NCBI GenBank assembly: GCA_028534125.1
Contig: CM052816.1
Location: forward strand, 24,492,001 to 24,556,000
DNA length: 64,000 nt
Source: Lama glama
Lineage: Eukaryota
Reading direction: 5' to 3'
The notes under the pieces are model-generated. The model did no database searches. It was not told the origin of the DNA and was given only the letters and a program-made list of their open reading frames with translations. Positions 12,963 to 24,899 of the stretch are shown here, in pieces (position 1 is the stretch's first letter; each line of letters begins with the position of its first letter). Both the position numbers and the translations under genes were made by a program.

Positions 12963-14967
12963 AAACATTTCTTTTATTATAATGCAATGTTTCTGGCAGT
13001 TTAAGGTTAAAAAACTACTAACATTAAATCCCTTTCTCCACAATGAGTTAGAAGAAATCCCTTTCAAAGACAGTAATTCAGTGAGAGCAACACAGGTTTG
13101 CGGTCAGTGGTCTGTGTGATCTTGAATTAAAATTAAATATTCTTTTTATTGCTCTTCATTTGCAAAGGAGGTAATACCCACTAATAGACTGTGATAAAGA
13201 TTAAGTCAGAAACATTTGGTCCACCGCCAGGTGAGTGGTAAATAAATGTCATTTTCTTCTCTCCTATTCCTAGGAATTGTTCAGGTTTAGTTACTAACAA
13301 AAAGGTTTTCTAGACATCATTTTTATTTAACTCTTTTATAGCACTACTAAATAGGCAGGACATATTTAAAGTCCCCACTTTTTATGTGATAAAATTAAGG
13401 CTGAGGAAGAGTAAATAATCTGCTCATACTCATATAATCATTAAATGGCAAAAATAAGATTAAAGCCCAGATTTTAAATCTTAAGAGAATTCTTTTCATC
13501 CCATCATGCTATTTCTTTGAAAAGAGTAACATATTACAATCAAACAAAAAACCCAAGAAGAGTGTTCCTTCTAAGTACACACTTTTGGTCAGGGATTATA
13601 GTGGGAGAGGAGGGAGAGCATTATGGTATAAACTCTGTTCTATCACTTAAAAGGTGTGTTTCCAAGGAAATCTATGTCATTACAAATTTATGCTATCAAA
13701 ATGATTGTTCCAATGAGGGAAAAAGTAGTTATGGAATAGAGATTTCAAATGTGCAACAACAGTAACATTTTCTATAAGAATTTTAATAACATTTCAAAAA
13801 ACTGAAAGTGAATAGATCGAAAAAAATAAAAAAGAAACACTGAATAGATGCAAAATATGCTCACATGGAGTATCAGCTCAAGAGAAATGGCTTTTATTTA
13901 TCTGTTACCACTAGCATTATACTAGTACGGCAAAAGCACATCGTATCACCCTTATCACCCAGTGTGATAATAAAGAGAATACAAAACTCCTCCAATATTG
14001 TAACTGTGTTACACATGTGCCATCTCCTTCCTGTTTAAGAAGCCAGTTCTCAATTCTGATCATATCTGCTAAATGTAAATCATGTTCCCTGACTAACAAA
14101 TCAAAAGATACCAAATTTTTAGCTGTGAAAAACCCACACTATATAAGATTTCCCATATGGCATTCGAGTAATACAAAATGACTAAGAATACTAAAGTGCC
14201 TAGACTCCAATATATAAGAAACAACAGATAGAGGAATGAACAAAACAAATGCATGAGGAGGCCATCATCAGAATGTGGTACATTCTATAAGATAATGACC
14301 TTCGACTCTTCAAAAGGTCTAAATCAGAGGAAAACGTGGGATTAAAAAGATCAAAAGAGATGTAACAAATGGCATGTGGAAATCTAGATAGGATCCTGGT
14401 TTGAGGGAGGAAAAAAGCTCAAAAATACATTCTTGGGACAATTTAGGCAATTGCAGTCAGGTCCAGATAGATAATGCTATGACACTGTTTTCATTTCTCT
14501 TAGGTGTGGCTATGTAGGCTATTATCCTTATTACTGGGCTGAGTATCAAGATGTTTGCAAATGGTACAGGAAATAAATTGTATAGGTAAAATAAGAATGT
14601 CAAAATAATAACCACCCCTGAATCTAGCTGAAGGATATATGCATATTTATCCTATTATTTTTTCATCTATTCAGCATGTGTAAAATGTTTCATTAATAAA
14701 AGTTGTAGGAGGGTAGAAAAAATAGTTATGTGCTAAGAGACCAGGAAAACTGCCATAAAAGAAATCTTGATCTTAGCTCTGAAAGGGGAGAAAAAGAGGA
14801 AGCAAAGCTTTACAAAAAGCACAAGTTTTACTTGAAGAGAGGCAATGACAAAATTGGTCAATTTAAGGCAGAGCAGGTAATGTAGACTAGTAGAATATGA
14901 AGCTAGAGGCTGAGTGGAAGTCAACTTACGACTGATCTTTAAAAGTCATGGTCACTATTATTTTTAC

Positions 14968-15051
14968 CTTAATTTGTTCTTCACTGATACTAGGAGTATT
15001 CTTCAGGAGATTCAGGAAAACTCCACCTGGAGTTCTTCTTCGACTACCATT
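14968..15051 (-). CDS. PHAX: PHAX exon 4 (NGSRRRTPGGVFLNLLKNTPSISEEQIK), RNA-binding domain
   Basis: Acceptor tttttgtag, donor AAG|GTAAAA, 84 nt. Contains the RRTPGGVF motif of the PHAX RNA-binding domain. Confidence 0.96.
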
Positions 15052-16579
15052 CTACAAAAAGGAACCGAAAAAATTACCCTGTGTAGAGTCTTCCCATGAA
15101 TGGCCAAAGCAACTTTCAGAGGCATTCCTAAGGAGAGATCAAGGTCAGCAGCGACCACTCCTGTTTAACCGCAGTGTTCTCTCCTCTCCATACTTCATTT
15201 GATCTATTCTTTTCCCCATAGCATGTATCACTTTTTAGCACACTTGAAGATACTGTGTTTATTCTTTATGGACCATTTCCCTCATCCCCAACTACAACAT
15301 AAGCTTCCTGTGTCTAGAACATAACACACAACAATAAATTGCACAAGGAAAGAAGGAATCAAAAAAGTGAATGGGGACTTGTGTCTTCCCAACATTCAGT
15401 AGATTTCCATTAACTCACTGCTTTTATTATTACAGTACTAAAATATTGATAAAATCTTTACCTTCATTCACAGCTGAATGAAAATTGTCACTTAAACAGT
15501 GACACAAATAGGGATGTCAGTACATTCATGATTATTATAATTTGTTTCGTTAACTTCCATAATCTATGTTCACAGGCTATTTCCACAGCCAGTGCTATGG
15601 ATTCTAACTGGTTTCTTTCCTCTCCATTTCCACAGCATAATATTAATTTAGTCTCTTGTGATGCTACTATTCAAATCCATGAGGAATAAACAAGAAAGCC
15701 ACTCAAACTTCATTCTCATCCTGTGGTGAAAAGTGAATTAAATGAGATTCGCAAAACAATTCATTATATGGCATAAAATGCTACCGCTTGTGATCTTGCC
15801 CCAGCCAGCGAACTGATCTTCCTGCCATTCTGAAACAGTAAAGTGTTTTTTTAACCCTTTTTTCATTTTTGCTTCCCCAATGCCAGAAGCCTCTTTAGAC
15901 GTTTTCTTTTCTGTTCACCCCCACCACTCATGAAATTTTAACATTCACAGATATACTTTATATCTATCTGTGCTTTTTAAATGATAAGATTTATTTTTGT
16001 GTGTCCCCAAGAACCAATCTTCAAGAATGTATGAATTAAATAAACCAAAAGTAACTTCTGTTCACCGTAGCTAAGTATTGGGCACTGTGATAATTAGTTC
16101 ATATACATTATCTTATCTAATCCTTATAATATGGGATTAATCCCATTTTACAAGAGAAACTGAAGTCTGAGAAGTCAAATAATTTAGCCAAATCTCATAC
16201 CTTGTAAGTTGCAGACCCAAAATCAAAACAAGGCACCTCAAATGCCAAAACTTATATTCTCAAAATCTGAGCTTCCAGGTTCTCATCAAAGTTTCCTCTT
16301 AAAATTTCAGCCCCTACTCTTAATGAATCCTGTAAGAGATTTGTTGTTGACTGCACACTAACAGGCTACAATTTATGTATGTTTTGTAAGGAAGCATTAA
16401 TTGCAAAAACTGACTATACTGAACTTTTAAATTCAGTTTTCATTATTAATGAAGCTTTAAAAAATCTGAAACACACTGTAATGATTCACAAATAGGACAT
16501 CCAACAAAGACAAGTTCATTGTATAAAAAAATCACGTAATACAATGCAAAACTGGAAACAACGAAGCAGTTAGTCTTAC

Positions 16580-16700
16580 CATTATAAAGAGGCCACCATT
16601 TTGTTCAACTTCAGCAGTTTCCATCAGAAGTTCAATTGCCTTTTTGTTCCCAATTATTCTCACTACTCGGGCTATCAAATCTTTCTTTGGTTCCTGCAAC
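16580..16700 (-). CDS. PHAX: PHAX exon 3 (R/LQEPKKDLIARVVRIIGNKKAIELLMETAEVEQNGGLFIM)
   Basis: Acceptor ccttatcag, donor ATG|GTAAGA, 121 nt. Confidence 0.96.
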
Positions 16701-17714
16701 CTGATAAGGAACAAATAAAATAATATTAATCTCTTTATTTGTTGTGTAGTTGAGGAAATCTATCTTCAGTCTGTAATCAGTCCCCAACTATAATTAAAAT
16801 CTCATTCTAATAACATTTGTTTTTCGAAACCTTCAATATAATGTTGGAATCACTGACATGGAAACATTGCTATCTGGGGTCACTCAAGGAGACAGTAACC
16901 TCAGGGTTCTATCTCAGGTCTTAATAACTGGCCTCTTCACTTTGCCTTTTTGGATCACGGTAGATTTCAAAAGACATGCACACAGCAAGGGGAATGCAAG
17001 CCTAAAAGCAAAAGAAGATAAAACCAGTCCACTCTCATCAAAACAAATAAACATACACTATGCTTTTAAATTACGATGCCTAAAAGTTAGTTGTTCTAAC
17101 TCCAGAGATGTCTGGGAACTTTAAAATGGATTGGATTTTCCCGTTACAGTCTCACTGCCTCAGAACAAAGGATAAAGCTAATATTTACTAAAGGCTTATT
17201 ATGAGATAAGTACAATCCTAACAACTTTATGAAATGGGTTTTATTATTTTTATTTTACCATTGAGAGGTAAAAGCATAGGGAGCCTAAGTAAGCAGCACT
17301 TCTAATATCAGAAGCCATACTTCATAAAGATGAAGAAATCTTAGGTGTTCCCTAACCAGACCTGGCTTCTTTCTTATCTATTGTGAAAAGAGCACTAGAC
17401 TAGGAACAAGGGGCTAGAATTAAGTTCCAGGTTTGACTCTGAGCAAGCCACACAATTACTGGTTCCTATTTGTAAGTGAGGGCTTTGGTTTACAAAATCT
17501 CTAAGTTCCTTTCCAGCACTCAAATTCCAAATTCTCTCTGTATTTAAAAAATCTGGTACTAGTAAACACTTGTTTTCTTCCTAGCTGTATTACTCTTGAA
17601 CATACCTGTTTTCAAATTTGTGACACTGTTTATTAGTCATTTAGAGCTACTAAAAAGTAAACAAAATTTCAACCTTTAAAATTTCATGTTAAAAATACAC
17701 AAAATGTAAATTTA

Positions 17715-18085
17715 CCAAACATCAAGCAATTCTACTTCTGTTTATTGAAAAGAAATGAAAATACATGTCCAGAGATGTGCAAGTGAAAGTTCACAACAGC
17801 ATTATTCATAATTGCCAAAAAGTGTATTAGCCAATATGGATGTGTGTGTGTGTGGTATCAATGCAAACTGATACCAGTAAAAAGTAGATTAGCAGTTATC
17901 TGGGAATGGGACAGGAACTAACTTTAAATGGGCACATGGGTATGAGCAATCTTAAAGGGTGATGGAAATGTTTTAAAAATGCTTCATGCTGGTGGTTGGA
18001 CAACTGGGAAATTTACTAAAAAATCAACACCTAAAATGGGTGAATTTTATCATATGTATAACATGTCTCACTAAAGCTGTAAAAA
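17715..18085 (+). mobile_element. Old L1 3' fragment
   Basis: cagcattattcataattgccaaaaagt; aagggtgatggaaatgttttaaaa; aaaatgggtgaattttat...aaagctgt. Confidence 0.65.
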
Positions 18086-18406
18086 GAAAAAAGTCATGAA
18101 TGCTTGAAAACACTCAAAAAATCCACGATTTTAAAAAGACCTTTTTATCTAAAGAATTCTATAGCACTAAGTGCAAAGAGCTACTTAAAAGTTCATAAAA
18201 ATCTACAAAATTATTCAATCAAGTCTGTCCAAATTTAAGAACACCCAGATATATACATATAACCACATAAGCCCAGAGTTTGTGCCTTAAATTTAAAAAT
18301 CTCAAAAAGGAACATCATCATTAATGTATCTGGAATCTATTTTATTTCCTACAAATGGAAGACAGTTGGTCAAGTGATCACTTGTAGGACAAATTTAAAT
18401 GCTCAC

Positions 18407-19020
18407 CTGAAAGAAATTTCATCAGCCACTTTCTCTTGAGAATCATCTTCTGTAATCTCATATCGGCCTTTATAATTCATTTCTAGTCTGTCCCCTAGTC
18501 TGTCTTTGACAGGTCGTTTCCTTTTGAGGTGACCTTGCCCATTTTCCTCCTCCTTTGATTCTGTTTTTTTGCCACCATGCATATATTCATCTAGCTCTTT
18601 GTCTAATTCTTTTGTATGTTCTTGAGATTCCCTCTTAAGTTTCTTAGCAAGCAAATAATTGTAGGTCTCGGATTGTCTGCTTCTGTCAATAGTGCCCTCC
18701 ATTCCCAAGATACCAAGTTCAGTGGCCACTGCATCTTGATTCTGTTCCTGCAGCACAGCACCCCATATGTTGTTAACCTTCTTCCCTCCGGGAAAAGGGG
18801 GCTTCTGGCTGCTCTGGCCAAACTGAAAAGGCTCTGGTTTGGGAGGCGGGTTAAAACATTTCTGTCGCTTGCGTTTCCAAAGAGAGCTGTCATCGTCAGA
18901 ATCAGAAAAACTCTCTTCACTTGAATCCACACTTTTAACAGTCCGATAATGTGATACTGGCACACAAGTGGTTGCAGTGCCCTGGAAGGGCCTCACTGCA
19001 CAGTCCCCATCTAGGGCTTT
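18407..19020 (-). CDS. PHAX: PHAX exon 2 (KALDGD...SDSDDDSSLWKRKRQK...NNIWGAVLQEQ...EKVADEISF/R)
   Basis: Acceptor tctttgacttgcag, donor AG|GTGAGC, 614 nt. Has an acidic Ser cluster and basic NLS-like KRKR motifs. Confidence 0.97.
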
Positions 19021-19759
19021 CTGCAAGTCAAAGAAAATACAATCAAGTCCACAAAACACATTAACTCCATCCACCATTTGCTATTTTAAAAAATTACTTA
19101 GGGATTCAGCTGGACCATTCTGAAGCAGAAATGATCTTCAAAGACAATCCAATCTAATTCTTGTATTTCTAAAGATCCATATGGAATTTCCAATTTTAAA
19201 GCCACAAATTCTTATTTCTATATAGCTAACGTAGCACTTAGTTCTAAGGTCTCTTTCTAAAAAATTACCAAAGCTCCTAATTCTCACCTTTAGAAGACTT
19301 TCTTGTTATTGTCAGAATGTTTGAAAATGACATACAAAATAACTGTTACTAGCAGTTAAAACAATGTTTTCTTTCTTTCCAAAGATGCGTGTCATGCGTT
19401 TGGACACATCAACTAACTTTACGTGGTTTTGTGACAATATTCCTTTTAGACTAGACAGTACTCCTTTGGGTAGGAATCTCCGACAAATTGCTTTTAAAAC
19501 TGCAGAGTTCATAGCATTAAATTTACCAAGTCATGGGTCAATCTAAGGAAAACAAACTGAAAGAGACTGAAAAACAAAATAAATTGGAACCGATTTCCTA
19601 AGACATTTCCATGCAAAAGGAATCATCTTTGCTTTTTTCAACGAAACATTAAACAAAATATTTGTTGAGTTCCTATTATGCTCTAGGAATGGGGGTGGGG
19701 TGACGTTAAGTCAAGAAGGTAAGTCTTTGTATCTTGAAATAATAATGGCAGCTACCACT

Positions 19760-19925
19760 AGTCAGCCATTACTCAGGATCCACTGAAGCCTTAGAGCCAC
19801 GCTATCAGAGGCGTCCTACTACCATTCCTATTCTAAAGATGGGGGCGCAAGGCTAGATACCCTGTCAGCGGTCACACAGTGGCGGCGCCAGGATTCGAAC
19901 GCGGGCAGCCTGACAGTAAAGCCCT
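19760..19925 (-). mobile_element. MIR SINE with retained CpGs and an intact B box
   Basis: MIR-like text (ccattcctattctaaagatg...ggtcacacag...ggattcgaac). GTTCGAATCC on the minus strand at 19891-19900. Confidence 0.6.
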
Positions 19926-20467
19926 CTCAAAAGAGCTTGCTACTCAGCACTGCAGCCCAGACAAACTCCGACTTAGAAAACTGGGAGGCTAACACAAAAC
20001 CCGGTGCCACATTGTGGGATGACGAAGCTCGGTTCCGTAGGAAAATGGAAGACCAGGCCCCTGAGCAACCGATGAACTTAATCCCTAGTCCTCACTCCCT
20101 AGCTCTTCAGGGCGACAATGAGCGCCATGCTGTCTGCGGGCCGATAGTCTCAGGTTCTGCATCTTCCTCAAAAATTCGTCCTTACGGGACAACTTAGCGG
20201 TGCGTGTAGGTTGAGAAAACGAGGAGCGGAGCGCCGGAGGCGGGGAAGAGACAGCTGCACGCCCGCCTCCGGGAGGCCGCACGCCTCGCGGGCCCCGCCT
20301 CGCAGAGAGATGCCGGGCCAGGTTCGTACGGCCCACGGCTCCGCGCGCCAGGCCGGGGACGCCCGCCCGCCCCTCACCCTCCCCGCCGCGCCGGCTCGCG
20401 CGCCCCTCGTCACAGCGCGGGGTCCGCGCTCCCAGCCCAGGAGCACCCGCCCGCCCTCCGCACTCAC

Positions 20468-20563
20468 CGGCACCTGCAGCGGCCTGTCGCTGGGTGCCAC
20501 CGTCATGTCGGAGTCCGAGTCAGAAAGCTGCCCATCTTCCATATCGCCGGCCTCCTGCGCCAT
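20468..20563 (-). CDS. PHAX: PHAX exon 1 coding part (MAQEAGDMEDGQLSDSDSDMTVAPSDRPLQVP); phosphorylated adapter RNA export protein
   Basis: Strong Kozak AAGATGG, donor CCG|GTGAGT, 96 nt. Confidence 0.96.
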
Positions 20564-20650
20564 CTTCCCGCGGCGCGGCGCGGAGAGCCGGGCAAGCACT
20601 TCCGGCGGGGCGGCGGGCGGGGCCGGCGGGCGGGGGCTGCCGCGGCGGCC

Positions 20651-20675
20651 GCGGCGGCGGCGGCGGCGGCGGCGG
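20651..20675. repeat. (GCG/CGG)8 trinucleotide repeat
   Basis: Eight perfect units, preceded by interrupted units. Confidence 0.95.
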
Positions 20676-21884
20676 GAGGGTGTGGCCCCGACGCCTGCGT
20701 GGAAACTAACAGATGGTGCGTCGTCATTGCAAACTGCTCACTTAAGCTACTCGGGGAAAATGAATCCCCTGCTGCTCCGACACGTTGGCGCCTTTTCTTC
20801 CGAACTGTTTTCTTCATACCTAAAGATGTGCATGAATGGCAGCCGTAGAGGATTCCTGCCTTGGCATCACCATCCCCTCCTGGATGCTCGAGGCAGGTAT
20901 TCCTGCTTCCATTCTCGCTCCTCTGCAGTCCACCCTTCAGGCAGCTTTCCGGGGAGCCTTCCAGGCAGGATGGGAGGTCGCCGCCCTGCTCAGACCTGGG
21001 CTTTCCTCCGCACGATAAGGCCTGAGTTCCCAGCACGGTCAGCAAGGTTGCGGGTCTGTTGTCCCTCCCTGACTTTCCAGCCACGCTCTTGTTCCTCAGG
21101 CACCCTTTGTCCTTTACCTGCCAAAGGCCTTTGCAATTGCTGTTCCCTCTGCCTGGCAGACCCCTCTAACACCCCGACCCAATTTTCCCACAGGTTCTCT
21201 CACATGATTCAGGAGTCGGAGAAAATGCCACCTTCTCAGAGAGGTCTTTTTCGATCGCTCTAACTAAAATAGGGTCCTCTAAAGTCACTCGCAACCCCTT
21301 TTGTTTTCTTCATGGGATCAATAATCACAGATGTATTTGCTTTAGTTTTTGTCTTAATTCCCACTAACATATCTGTTTTATTCACTGCTGTTTCCACCAG
21401 TGTCCAGTCCAGTGACTTGTTTATAAAGATGGTCAAGAAATATATATTGAATTTTTTTTTTACATGAAGGGGATCTTGTTACTTTTACTTTTTACTGTTC
21501 AGTGATGTACTTTAAAAAAGAAACGGTGTAGCAGTTTATCCTGGACACCTTTCCTTTCCATACAGAAATATAAAGATCTAGCTCGTTCTTTTTAATGACT
21601 CCGAGTTTTCATTGCATGGAGGTGCCATCATTTATTTAGTCTCTGATGGTGTAAATTGAGGGTGTAACCGGTTTTGTGATTACATGTCTCTTTACAAACT
21701 TGTTTTAGTATTTCCTAAGGATACAACTCTAGACTGTATGGAAAAGAGTGATAAAGATTTTTGAAATGTGAATTTAAGACCTATAAAGGAATTTAGAAAT
21801 CACCTGGTCCAATTTATTTTGGTAAATGAAGAGATTACACAGCTAAGCTATTGATGACCTGAGTCTTGACTCCATGGCTACTAA

Positions 21885-22540
21885 TTCTTAGAAAACTTTA
21901 TTGTTTTATCTTTTCTGCATCGAATTACAATCCCCCTGGAACTGAGTCTTGTGTATGGTGTAAGGTAGGAGCATATTTTCATGCTATTAACATTTCATGG
22001 GATGCAGCTAAATATCATATAATGCATAGAACAGCCCCTCACGTTAAAGAGTTTCTCCAGTGTTTTCTGCTAGTTTTAGAGTTTCAGTTCTAAGCTTTAG
22101 GTCTGTGGTCTATTTTGAATTAATTCTTGTATATAGTGTGAAGTAAAAATCAAGGTTCACTTTTTTTTTGCACCTGAATATCCAAATAATATAGCACTAT
22201 TTGTTGAAAAGACTCTTTTCTCCCTTGGATTTCTTTGACACCTCCATTGAAAATTGACTGTATATATGAAGGTCTGTTTCTGAGTGCCCTATTCTGTTCT
22301 GATCTTTATGTCTATCTTTACACCAATGTGACACCTTCTTGATTACTATAGCTTTATAATAGCTGTAAAATTGTTATAATAATTGTTAAAATTAGGTAAT
22401 ATAGATTTGTTCCTTTTTTCCAAAATTGTTTTGGCGATTCTGGATCCTTTGCATTTACATTTAAACTTTAGACTCTGCTTGCCAGTTCTAGCATTTTGAT
22501 TGGATTGCACTGAATCTATAGGTTAATTTGGACATTGGGG
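21885..22540 (-). mobile_element. Old L1 ORF2 fragment with a small MER20-like piece (~21990-22050)
   Basis: ttttaggtctgtggtctattttgaattaatt; gcactatttgttgaaaagac; gattggattgcactgaatctatag. Confidence 0.7.
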
Positions 22541-22581
22541 AGACTATTGTAGCCTGATGCCATTGAACGCTGAAATCATAT

Positions 22582-22686
22582 GTTGTTGTTGTTTGTTTTT
22601 TTTTAAATGGAGGTACTGGGAATTTAACCCAGGACCTCTGTGAATGCTAAGCATATGCTCTACCACTGAGCTATGCCTCCATCCCC
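22582..22686 (-). mobile_element. tRNA-derived SINE (Vic-1-like)
   Basis: Antisense tRNA-Ala-like head. TSD CTGAAATCATAT (22570-22581 / 22687-22698). Confidence 0.85.
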
Positions 22687-24899
22687 CTGAAATCATATAT
22701 TTTGTTTGTTTATTTGAAATCATATATTGTTAATCAATAACTCTTCTTCTGACTCTGGGCTCATTAAACCACTAGATACGTAGTATGTACCCTGGGAGAG
22801 AATGCAGTAATTAGAGGATGTGAATGTTTAGTCCTTTCTGAAAATAATTTTTGCTGTAAAATAATAAGCCGGCATTTTAGTTGCAGCATCATTTTTTTTT
22901 TGTGAGCTTGATTAATATGTTTCCCTAGAGCAATAGTTAGTGTCACTCACTCATACTCTAAGTCAGATTCTGTATTTGCAATAATGAAATTGTATCCTGG
23001 GTGGTGGTGATTTCTCCAGTTTACTGCTGCCTTGGGGCAAGCATGCATACTCAGGTCACATCCTGCCACCTTTTGGCCAGCTGTCTTGGAAAATGAAGAC
23101 CACTAGCGTTCACTGAGGACTTCCCAAGGATGGGTCATTTGTACTCATACTGTGACTCCAGAGCCTTTGCTTGAATCACCACCCTGTGAAGCCTTTGATA
23201 AATCATTTGAAAAGCAGAATTTGCCATTTGCTAACTCTTCCACTTTTCAATACAGAATTGGTTCAAGGTGTCCTGAGTTCAGTCAGTACATTTAAATTTC
23301 TATAAGTCTTTGCAGTTTTTATATATGCTTTCATATATGATCCATTTAATTCTTTTTCCTGTGTAAAATGTACTTTCATAGGATTCATTTAATTCTATCT
23401 GTTCATTCTCTGCCCCATCAAAATTCATTGTTGGTGATTTTTCCTGACCTTCTATTGGCAGGCTAAAAGTGAGTTTTGAAAAAAGAAGATGAAAGAGAGA
23501 TGCAGTCCCTGTCTTCCATACAGGCAGTTGCTGGTGTCTGTCACCCTAGAACTGGTTTAGAGAGACAGCCATGAGTCTATCTCCTTGACTTAGTGGAGAA
23601 GGAATTTGAAATTCCTTGGGAACATTACGTGTTGCTCCTAAAATTTAGTGCATCTGTAAATGTCTTTTCATTCTTTGAATCAAATGGAGGGTAAGAGAAG
23701 GGAAGTATACAATACTGGGATACACGTACAAAGACTCTTACTTTTGGCCCGAAAGTGAGGAGAATTAAATTCTCTGTTAAAATGTATGAGAATTAAAATG
23801 AAGGAAGTTAGTGCCTCAGTCCTAGGGTGGATGGAAGATAGTAGCTGGGTTATTGAAGGTGATTACCAGTCCTGGACAGGGTATCCATGCTTACTACTCC
23901 TGAGGTGTGTTCATTTGTTTATGGAAGTAAATTGATGTGAGCCTGGTACAATGCTGGAAATTGTGGAGCCATACAAGGGCAAGTCAGAGATGGTCCTTGC
24001 CTTAATGGGGAAAAATATAACATTTACAAATGGAAGTATCATTCATGTATCTCTTGTGCTTGTAACTACAGTTTCTGGTAGGTGCTTGATACATGCTGAT
24101 CTCAACATAATTTGTTGAAATCATTTGTGTGGTAAGGATGGAACAGATAAAGCTCAAGCTTAAATACAGAAATGGAAGGAAGTGTTTTACAGGTGGAAAG
24201 AACAGCAAGGGCAAAGACACAATGAGAGGAAAATACAGGCTTTGTATAGAAACATTCAGTGACTTTGGTGGCAATGTGGAAGGCCATAAAGCAAGTAGTG
24301 AGAAGTAATATTATGGAAAAGTAGGTTGGGAATCATTGAGACACCTGAATTAATTCAACTGATTTGAAAGTGTGTATTTATTTTTAAATAATGCCCCAAT
24401 CATGTTGACTGTGATGTTAGTATTTCCCTTATTATAGGGTAGGCCGATTGTGGAATTAAATGGGAGATGGATGGTGGGGGGTGGGGTGGGGGGAGATACT
24501 GCAGGAAGGTACAAGAAATGGAGAATGAAGGAAATTGCTCAAAACTGTCTTTGTTCTTCAAAAGCAAAGATATATTTAGAAGGATATTTAGAAGGAAGTA
24601 CCACAATTTAACATTTTTCATTAATTAGAAAACTCTAATTTGTAATTAATTTAACAAATAATGAAAACATACAACCCTCTCCCCTCCAGAAAAAAACCCT
24701 CCTTTAGTTACTCCACCAAACAGCAGGTGTCACCATCACTCGGGAACTGGCTAGAAAAGCCGACTTTTAGACCCCAGTCCAGACCCACCGAATCAAAACG
24801 TGCACTTAACGTGATGGTCAGGTGACTACGTGCACGTTACAGTCTGAGAAGCCCTGCTCTAACCCATTGTATTTTAGAGCCAATATTTTGCTGAACAAA

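Larger units (their letters stand above)
20050..20830. promoter_or_regulatory. PHAX: PHAX CpG-island promoter with ETS site CCGGAAGTG (20597-20605), GC boxes, and a YY1-type AAGATGGCG over the ATG
   Basis: Very high GC and CpG density spanning exon 1. Motifs read directly from the sequence. Confidence 0.85.

Noticed and set aside
18403..19077. 224-aa ORF as a standalone gene
   Set aside because: It is PHAX exon 2 plus 57 nt of open intron; the real acceptor is at 19021-19022.
20503..21084. 193-aa minus-strand ORF with poly-Ala
   Set aside because: The poly-Ala is the CCG repeat translated. The ORF is out of frame with PHAX and mostly upstream of its promoter motifs.
20211..21263. 350-aa plus-strand ORF antisense to PHAX exon 1
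   Set aside because: It crosses a stop-poor CpG island, its poly-Arg comes from the CGG repeat, its 3' part runs into L2-like sequence, it starts at a non-ATG codon, and it has no recognisable domain.
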